Source: an uncultured bacterium (GTDB lineage Bacteria; Gemmatimonadota; Gemmatimonadetes; Gemmatimonadales; Gemmatimonadaceae). Taken from it: 64,000 bases of DNA. Positions 57,309 to 64,000 of the stretch are shown here, piece by piece (the first letter of the stretch is position 1; each line of letters starts with the position of its first letter). The notes under the pieces were generated by a model. It saw nothing but the letters and a program-made list of their open reading frames with translations. It did not search any database and was not told the origin of the DNA. Location of the stretch: contig CAXBQP010000002.1 in the NCBI GenBank assembly GCA_963978095.1, forward strand, positions 1 to 64,000, in the 5' to 3' direction. The translations under genes were made by a program, and so were the position numbers.

Positions 57309-57632
57309 ATGTCCGATCTCACGCAGACGCCCGAATACGAAGAGCTTGCGCCCGGCACCTCGATCACCGGGGAAGTGCCCTTGTCGATGATGCTCGACCT
57401 CTCGCTGCCGGTCTCGATTGAACTGGGCCGCACGAAGATGACCGTCCAGGAGATCCTGAACCTCGGCCGCGGATCCGTGGTGCAACTGGACCGTCTGGCT
57501 GGCGAACCGATCGATGTCTATGTCGGCGATCGTCGGTTCGCGGAAGGCGAAGTCGTCGTCATGAACGAGTATTTCGGGATCCGCATCACGCGGCTCCTCG
57601 GCGCGTCGGCGCTGGCCGACGTCGCGGCGTAG
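57309..57632 (+). CDS. fliN: Switch protein FliN
   Basis: SIELGRT, GSVVQLDRLAGEP, GEVVV, FGIRIT. Confidence 0.94.
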   Translation: MSDLTQTPEYEELAPGTSITGEVPLSMMLDLSLPVSIELGRTKMTVQEILNLGRGSVVQLDRLAGEPIDVYVGDRRFAEGEVVVMNEYFGIRITRLLGASALADVAA

Positions 57633-57653
57633 CACGACCGCACGACCGGGGCC

Positions 57654-58898
57654 ATGACGGTTTCGTCGTTCATCGGCGTCCTCGGGACGCTGGGCTTGGT
57701 CCTCGGATTGCTCCTCGTCACCCTCCGGCTGCTGAAGCGGTTGTCGGTCACGACCGCGACGGGACTTGCGCCGCTCCCGTTGCGCGTCGAGCAGCGGTTG
57801 GCGATCGGCCCGCGCCAAGGGATCGCGATCGTCCGCATCGGAAGCCGCGTAGTCGCCGTATCAACCGGCGAAGGGGGGGTGCGCCGCATCGCCGACGTCA
57901 CGGACGATGCCCAAGCGCTCAACCCCTCACGGGGAGACGACAACGCCGACGCATCGACCACCGTGGGCGGTCCGGATGCCAACGCCCCAGCGGGCTTCGG
58001 CACCATCCTTCGCACCGCCATCAAGCGTTCGGTTCCACTTGCCCTGGTGGTGGCCGTCGCCGTCCAGAGTGCCGGCGCGCAGGGGACGACCAAGGCCGCC
58101 GCGAAGCCGGTCACGAAAGCGGCCGCCACCACCAAAGCCGGCGCCAAGCCGACGCCCCCAGCCGCGCCGTCGATCCAGCCGGTCGCCACCGCCGGCCGAG
58201 CCGATACGATGATCACCAAGCTCGCGCCGAAGATCGACCTGCGCGTCGGTGGCGAGAACGCCTCCGGCCTGCGCTTGTCCGGCACCGTCGGTGTGATCGT
58301 ACTCATGGGGCTGCTCACCCTGCTCCCCACGTTGGTCCTCATGATGACCGGCTTCACGCGCATCATGATCGTCCTGAGCTTTCTCAAGCAGGCCATCGGC
58401 GCGCAAAGTGCGCCGCCGACGCAGTTGGTGGCCGGACTCGCGATGTTGCTCACCGGGTTCGTCATGGCGCCGACGCTGTCCGACGTCAACAGGACCGCGC
58501 TCGAGCCGTGGATGGACGGCAAGATGGAACAGGCCCAGATGCTGAGCGAGGGCGTGAAGCCCTTTCGCGCCTTCATGTTGCGCCAGGTCCGCTCGACCGA
58601 TCTGGCCACCTACATGAAGATCAGCCGTCAGGCCCCGGTCGCCAGCGTGCAGGATGTCCCCTTGGTCGTCCTGACCTCGGCGTTCGTCACGAGTGAGTTG
58701 CGGACGTCCTTCCAGATCGGCTTCGCGCTCTTCCTGCCATTCATCGTCATCGACATCGTCGTGGCCTCGGTGCTCATGTCGATGGGCATGATGATGGTGC
58801 CGCCGGCCATGATCGCATTGCCCTTCAAGTTGCTGCTCTTCGTGCTCGTCGACGGGTGGTCGCTCGTGATCCAAGGCCTCGTCCAGAGCTTCAACTGA
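57654..58898 (+). CDS. fliP: FliO-FliP fusion protein
   Basis: N-terminal FliO pattern (TM + RLAIGPRQGIAIVRIG) in frame with FliP (LTLLP, MTGFTRI, SELRTSFQIGF, LPFKLLLFVLVDGW). Confidence 0.9.
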   Translation: MTVSSFIGVLGTLGLVLGLLLVTLRLLKRLSVTTATGLAPLPLRVEQRLAIGPRQGIAIVRIGSRVVAVSTGEGGVRRIADVTDDAQALNPSRGDDNADASTTVGGPDANAPAGFGTILRTAIKRSVPLALVVAVAVQSAGAQGTTKAAAKPVTKAAATTKAGAKPTPPAAPSIQPVATAGRADTMITKLAPKIDLRVGGENASGLRLSGTVGVIVLMGLLTLLPTLVLMMTGFTRIMIVLSFLKQAIGAQSAPPTQLVAGLAMLLTGFVMAPTLSDVNRTALEPWMDGKMEQAQMLSEGVKPFRAFMLRQVRSTDLATYMKISRQAPVASVQDVPLVVLTSAFVTSELRTSFQIGFALFLPFIVIDIVVASVLMSMGMMMVPPAMIALPFKLLLFVLVDGWSLVIQGLVQSFN

Positions 58899-59167
58899 TG
58901 AACGACGCCGCGATCGTCGACCTGGCCCGCAACGCGCTGCTCATGGCGGTCACCCTCGCCGCCCCCATGCTGATGGTCGCGCTCGTGGTGGGGCTGCTGG
59001 TGTCGATCGTGCAGGCCGTGACGCAGATCCAGGAGCAGACGCTGGCGTTCGTGCCCAAGCTGATGGCCGTTGCCATGGTCTTCCTGATCGGCCTGCCGTG
59101 GATGATCCAGATGGCCGGCAAGTACACCACCGAACTGCTGCGCTCGATCCCGTCGCTGGCACACTGA
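58898..59167 (+). CDS. fliQ: FliQ
   Basis: VGLLVSIVQAVTQIQEQTLAFVPK. Confidence 0.96.
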   Translation: MNDAAIVDLARNALLMAVTLAAPMLMVALVVGLLVSIVQAVTQIQEQTLAFVPKLMAVAMVFLIGLPWMIQMAGKYTTELLRSIPSLAH

Positions 59168-59958
59168 TGGTCGCCGCGGCGTTCGACCCCTTCGCGCCAG
59201 GATCGGCGGAGACGCTAGCCCTCTTCGGCGCTCGCGTGGGTGGCATGATGCTGGTCGCCCCGTCGTTCTCCTCGAATCTCGTCTCACGTCAGGCACGCGT
59301 CGCGCTCACGGTCGTGCTGACCGTGCTGCTGCAACCCGCGGCCCTCGCCTCGGTTCATGGCGTCCCAGCCATGACGGCGACGGCGTTCCTGTCCGAAACC
59401 ATCATCGGGTTCGCGATCGGGTTCGGCGCCGCGCTCTTCATCGGGGCCGCGGAAACGGCCGGTGACGTGATGTCCATCCAGATCGGCCTCAGCGGCGCCG
59501 CGATCCTCGACCCGACCGACCATTCGCAGTTGCCGGTACTCGGTGCGTTCACGCGCGTGCTCGTGCTCACGCTGATGCTCAGCTTCGACCTGCATACCTC
59601 CCTGCTCTCCGCGCTCGCCGACAGCACGCTCGCGCTGCCGGTCGGTGTGCCCTTGGCCCTCGAATCCGGTGCGAAGGCGCTCCTCCTCGAAGGCGGGGCG
59701 ATGTTCGCCATCGGCGTGCGGCTGGCCGCGCCGGTGATCGCCTGCGTCCTGCTCGCCAACGTCGCGATCGCCGTGCTCGGCCGCGCTGCCCCGCAGCTGA
59801 ACATCCTGACCGTCGCCTTCCCGATCCAAATCACGGTAGGTCTGCTGGCCTTCTTTGCCTCGTTGCCGGCCATCGCCCGGTTCATGAGCGGCTGGAACGG
59901 CATCTACGACTCCATGCTCGGTGATGTTGTGCGAGGGCTGACCCTCGTCCACGGGTGA
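59167..59958 (+). CDS. fliR: FliR
   Basis: AG..MSIQIGL, LAAPV, RAAPQLNIL.VAFP. Confidence 0.94.
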   Translation: MVAAAFDPFAPGSAETLALFGARVGGMMLVAPSFSSNLVSRQARVALTVVLTVLLQPAALASVHGVPAMTATAFLSETIIGFAIGFGAALFIGAAETAGDVMSIQIGLSGAAILDPTDHSQLPVLGAFTRVLVLTLMLSFDLHTSLLSALADSTLALPVGVPLALESGAKALLLEGGAMFAIGVRLAAPVIACVLLANVAIAVLGRAAPQLNILTVAFPIQITVGLLAFFASLPAIARFMSGWNGIYDSMLGDVVRGLTLVHG

Positions 59959-59973
59959 TCTCGGAACCCCACC

Positions 59974-61080
59974 ATGGCTGACGGCGCGGACTCCGAAGCA
60001 GAGAAAACAGAAGCCCCCACACCGCGACGCGCACAAGAAGCGGCCGATGAGGGGCGTATCCCGCGATCGCCGGAACTCAGTGTGGCGGTCGCCTTATTGG
60101 GTGCCGCCGCCACCGTCAGTGCCGTGATGCCGTCGATCTCGTCGCGACTGATGTCCCTGTTCGCGACGGGACTTCGCGCCATCGGCGATCACCCGGGCGA
60201 CTCCGGCGCCTCACTGGGCCTGCTTCAAACCACCGGTCGCGAGATGCTCACCATCGTCGCGATTCTCGGCGCGGGACTGGCCGCCACCGCGCTCTCGGTC
60301 GGCGCGCTGCAGGGGCGAGGGACACTGACGCTCATCCCCCTCGCCCCGAAGTGGGCGCGCATCAATCCGATGTCGAACGCGGGCCGCATGCTGGGGATGC
60401 AAGCCGTCGTGGATCTCGGAAAATCCCTGCTCAAACTCGCGATTGTCGGGTCCGCGGTGTGGAAGACCCTCTCCGCCGCATGGCCCGATTTCATGGACCT
60501 CTCGGCGCGCGATCCCCTGAGCCTGCTCGGCACCGTCCAGAGTTACTCGGTCAAGCTGCTCACGACCGCCGGGCTCTCGTACCTGGTGCTCGCGAGCGCC
60601 GACTACGGCTGGCAGTTCTGGCAGCACCTGAAGGGGCTTCGGATGACGAAAGACGAGGTCAAGCGCGAATCCAAGCAGAATGAAGGCGATCCGATGCTCA
60701 AATCGCGCGTCCGTTCGATTGCGCGGGCTCGCATCCGGCGCCAGATGATGGCCGCGGTCCCCAAGGCCGACGTCGTCATCGTCAACCCGACCCATATCGC
60801 CATCGCGCTCCGGTACGATCCGAACGAGGCGCCAGCACCAATCGTTCTGGCGATGGGCCAAGAGCTTATCGCATTGAAAATCAAGGAGTTAGCATTTGAA
60901 CACGGCATTCCGGTGATCGAGAACCGACCGCTGGCACGAGGCTTGCTTGCATCTGCGAGCGTGGGGCTCATGATCCCGGCAGAGCTGTACGCGGCTGTCG
61001 CCGAGATCCTGGCCTTCGTGCTGCGACAGCGTGCCGCTGCCGGCAAGCCCGTGACTTGGACCCGAACTCCTGACGCATGA
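59974..61080 (+). CDS. flhB: FlhB
   Basis: EKTEAPTPRR, MTKDEVKRE, EGDP, NPTH autocleavage motif. Confidence 0.96.
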   Translation: MADGADSEAEKTEAPTPRRAQEAADEGRIPRSPELSVAVALLGAAATVSAVMPSISSRLMSLFATGLRAIGDHPGDSGASLGLLQTTGREMLTIVAILGAGLAATALSVGALQGRGTLTLIPLAPKWARINPMSNAGRMLGMQAVVDLGKSLLKLAIVGSAVWKTLSAAWPDFMDLSARDPLSLLGTVQSYSVKLLTTAGLSYLVLASADYGWQFWQHLKGLRMTKDEVKRESKQNEGDPMLKSRVRSIARARIRRQMMAAVPKADVVIVNPTHIAIALRYDPNEAPAPIVLAMGQELIALKIKELAFEHGIPVIENRPLARGLLASASVGLMIPAELYAAVAEILAFVLRQRAAAGKPVTWTRTPDA

Positions 61081-63158
61081 CCGCCGCAGCCCTGCCGATC
61101 GTCGATCCCAAGAGTGGACGCAATGCCGAAGTCGGCGCTGCCATCGCCATCGTGGGGCTCATCGGTCTGCTGATCGTTCCGCTGCCGCCGATCCTGCTCG
61201 ACCTGTTCATCTCGCTCTCGATCGGCATCTCGCTGGTGGTGCTGCTGCTGGCGCTCAACACCAGTGACCCGCTCGAGTTCAGCTCCTTTCCCTCGCTGTT
61301 GCTCCTGCTCACCCTGTTCCGCCTCGCGCTGAACGTGAGCTCCACCCGTTTGATCCTGTCCGAAGGACATGCGGGGCAAGTGATCCAAGCATTCGGGCAG
61401 TTCGTCATCGGCGGGAACTACGCCGTGGGACTCGTCCTGTTTCTGATTCTGGTGGGGATCAACTTCATCGTCATCACCAAAGGTGCCGGGCGCGTGGCAG
61501 AAGTTGCCGCCCGCTTCACCTTGGACGCCATGCCCGGCAAGCAGATGGCCATCGACGCCGACCTCGGCGCTGGGCTCATCGACGAAGCGACGGCGCGCCA
61601 GCGCCGTTTGGTGATTTCGCAGTCCGCCGATTTCTACGGCGCGATGGACGGTGCCTCCAAGTTCGTGAAAGGCGACGCCATCGCCGGGCTGCTGATCACG
61701 GCGATCAACATTCTTGGCGGCATCTTCATCGGTGTGGTCCAGAAGGGACTTCCGATCGGGCAGGCCGCCTCGACCTACACCATGCTGACCGTCGGTGACG
61801 GTCTCGTCGCGCAGATTCCCGCACTGATCGTCTCGACCGCGGCCGGCCTGATGGTCACGCACTCGAACGGCGGGAACCGCCTGGGGCAGGTGCTGGTGCG
61901 CCAGATCGGTGGGCAGCCCCGCGTGATGTACATGTCCGGCTCCGTGCTCGCGATCTTCGCGCTGGTGCCAGGGTTGCCGGCACTCCCCTTTCTCGCCCTG
62001 GCTGGCGGCTTCGCCTTCCTCGGCCGCGCCGCCGAGAAGCAGCGCGTCGCCCGGGAGACGGCCGAAGCCCTGGCGGCGGCGCCGGTGGAGGACGCTCCGC
62101 CAGTCGCCGATCCGATGCGCGACTTGCTCCAGCTCGACCCCATCGAGCTCGAAGTCGGTTACGCGCTGATCCCCTTGGTGGACGAATCACAGGGCGGCGA
62201 TCTCCTCGAGCGCATCGGCCTGCTGCGCAAGCAGGCCGCGGTGGAGTTCGGCATTCTGATCCCGGCCATCCGCATCCGTGACGACGTCCGACTCCCGGCG
62301 AGCGAGTACGTGATTCGCCTCCGCGGCAGTGAAGTCGCCCGCGGCGAGATCATGCCGCGCCACCTCCTCGCGCTCGACACCGGCGCGGTGATCGACGTGG
62401 TCGACGGACTCGAAACGACCGACCCGAGCTTCGGCATGCCGGCGCGTTGGATCGCGCCGACGCGCCGCAGCGATGCGGAGGCCATGGGCTACGTCGTCGT
62501 CGAGTCCACGACGATGATCGCCACGCACCTCATGGAGACCCTCAAGTCCAACGCCGCCGAGTTGCTCGGCCGTCAGGATGTCCAGGAGATGGTGGATACG
62601 ATCAAGAAGACCCACCCTGCGCTCGTGGACGATCTCATTCCGAGCAAGGTGCCGCTGGCCACGCTCCACCGCGTGCTGCAGCGCTTGTTGCGCGAGCGTG
62701 TGCCGATCCGCGATTTCATCACGATCCTCGAAGCGGTCGGCGATGCGGCCGACACGACCAAGGACCCGGAACAGCTGACCGAACACGCCCGCCGCGCGCT
62801 GGGCAATGTGATCGCGCAGCAGTACGCCGAGGCCGACGGCACGGTGCGCGGCGTCACCCTTGGCCCCCGTCTCGAAGCCGCGCTCATGTCGCTCTTCACG
62901 CCACGCGCCGCGCAGTCCGGTCAAACGATGATCACCCCGAACACGCTGGCGAATCTGCTGCGCGACTTGCAGACGCTGACCGCGACGAGTCCGGACGCGC
63001 GTCCGCTCCCGCTGATCGTTCCGCCCGGGCTGCGCGTCGGCATCCGTCGGTTCGTGGAGCCGGTGCTCCCGGCGCTTCCCGTGCTCTCGCTCGCCGAACT
63101 GCCCCCGTACGTCAACTTGAACACCACCGCGATGTGGGAGATGCAGCATGCGGCTTGA
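61077..63158 (+). CDS. flhA: FlhA
   Basis: RVAEVAARFTLDAMPGKQMAIDADL, FYGAMDGASKFVKGDAIAG. Confidence 0.98.
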   Translation: MTAAALPIVDPKSGRNAEVGAAIAIVGLIGLLIVPLPPILLDLFISLSIGISLVVLLLALNTSDPLEFSSFPSLLLLLTLFRLALNVSSTRLILSEGHAGQVIQAFGQFVIGGNYAVGLVLFLILVGINFIVITKGAGRVAEVAARFTLDAMPGKQMAIDADLGAGLIDEATARQRRLVISQSADFYGAMDGASKFVKGDAIAGLLITAINILGGIFIGVVQKGLPIGQAASTYTMLTVGDGLVAQIPALIVSTAAGLMVTHSNGGNRLGQVLVRQIGGQPRVMYMSGSVLAIFALVPGLPALPFLALAGGFAFLGRAAEKQRVARETAEALAAAPVEDAPPVADPMRDLLQLDPIELEVGYALIPLVDESQGGDLLERIGLLRKQAAVEFGILIPAIRIRDDVRLPASEYVIRLRGSEVARGEIMPRHLLALDTGAVIDVVDGLETTDPSFGMPARWIAPTRRSDAEAMGYVVVESTTMIATHLMETLKSNAAELLGRQDVQEMVDTIKKTHPALVDDLIPSKVPLATLHRVLQRLLRERVPIRDFITILEAVGDAADTTKDPEQLTEHARRALGNVIAQQYAEADGTVRGVTLGPRLEAALMSLFTPRAAQSGQTMITPNTLANLLRDLQTLTATSPDARPLPLIVPPGLRVGIRRFVEPVLPALPVLSLAELPPYVNLNTTAMWEMQHAA

Positions 63159-63972
63159 GACCTTCCGCGCCGCCGACTTGACCGCGGCGTTCGCCATGGC
63201 ACGCCACGCCCTCGGCGCGGATGCCATGATCACGCACTCGCGTGTCGTCCGCGAGGGACTTGGGACCGCGCACGAAGTCGTCGCCGCGGACGCCGGCGAC
63301 ATCCAGCAGTTCCGCCGACTCCTGAATCCCGAGCCGCCGCGCGTCGCCGCGCGACGCTCGGGAAGCGGGGGCCAGCGCCCGTTCGTGGTCTCGCTGATCG
63401 GGCCCACCGGTGCAGGCAAGACCACCACGGTCGCCAAGCTGGCGGTCAGCGAGCTCACCTTCGTGGGTCGCGAGGTCGGACTTATCTCGTTGGACACCTA
63501 TCGCGCCGGCGCGATCGAGCAGCTCGGGGGGTTCGCGGACGCCGCGGAGCTCCGGCTCGAAGTCATCTTCGAAGCGGCGCAGATCGCGGACGCGTTCAAG
63601 CGCCTCGCGGGCTGCGACATCGTGATCGTCGACACGCCCGGCCGCGGCCCCAAAGGGCAGGACAGTGAGTGGCAACGGATGCTCCGCCAGCTGGCGCCCG
63701 ACGAGACGCACCTGGTGGTGCCCGCCACCACCCGACTCGACCTCGCGCCACGGCTCCTGGAGAGTTACCGGCGCGTGCGCCCGACGCACGCGCTGCTCAC
63801 CAAGCTCGATGAAGTGCCCAACGATGCCGAGATCGCGCATCTCGCGGCTGCCCTGGAGCTGCCCATGCGCTACGTGACGGACGGCCAGGAAGTCCCTGCG
63901 GACCTGCATCCGGCCGGCCCCCGCATCTTCCCGACCCTGACCATCGCTCCGGAACTGTCGGCAACCGCGTGA
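63148..63972 (+). CDS. flhF: SRP-family GTPase FlhF (short)
   Basis: LGADAMI, GPTGAGKTTT, DTYRAGA, DTPG, TKLDE, GQEVP. Confidence 0.92.
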   Translation: MRLETFRAADLTAAFAMARHALGADAMITHSRVVREGLGTAHEVVAADAGDIQQFRRLLNPEPPRVAARRSGSGGQRPFVVSLIGPTGAGKTTTVAKLAVSELTFVGREVGLISLDTYRAGAIEQLGGFADAAELRLEVIFEAAQIADAFKRLAGCDIVIVDTPGRGPKGQDSEWQRMLRQLAPDETHLVVPATTRLDLAPRLLESYRRVRPTHALLTKLDEVPNDAEIAHLAAALELPMRYVTDGQEVPADLHPAGPRIFPTLTIAPELSATA

Positions 63973-64000
63973 GCATCCAAGCAGAGGAACTCCGCCGGTA
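63969..64000 (+). CDS. flhG: Probable FlhG/FleN N-terminus (cut by the window edge)
   Basis: GTG overlaps the flhF stop; (M)SIQAEELRR matches the QAxxLR N-terminal motif of FlhG. Confidence 0.5.
   Translation, partial: MSIQAEELRR

Overview
High-GC bacterial window, most consistent with Gemmatimonadota (inferred from gene content and protein style, not a database result). It has three blocks. (1) 1-17.4 kb, mostly minus strand: housekeeping genes (trpS, D-2-hydroxyacid dehydrogenase, DapA-family aldolase, purA, ypdA, glyQS, gluzincin peptidase, D-amino-acid aminotransferase) ending in a tightly coupled run of GAF pseudo-kinase, small protein, ubiquitin-like protein, MoxR AAA+, DUF58/vWA, BatA-domain protein and membrane protein; suhB and ftcd are on the plus strand. 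(2) 17.4-33.7 kb, minus strand: fusA-tuf-S10-spc-secY-adk-map, without the usual flanking rpsL-rpsG and alpha-operon genes. (3) 34.3-64 kb: a large flagellar cluster (flgM, flgL, fliW, fliC, fliD, fliS, GT4, sigma54 regulator, flgB through flhF and the start of flhG) with readable sigma54 and sigma28 promoters. Best leads: a FliK-type hook ruler carrying an intact Zn M15 (L-Ala-D-Glu-type) peptidoglycan endopeptidase domain; a ubiquitin-fold protein coupled to a MoxR/vWA module; a 16S helix-21 mimic (candidate uS8 operator) directly upstream of rpsH; a ~470-nt structured fusA leader; an RGG-rich uS5 extension; FliM lacking its CheY-docking motif; and a FliO-FliP fusion. All calls come from reading motifs and gene order by eye, and several start codons were re-chosen from overlaps and RBS positions.
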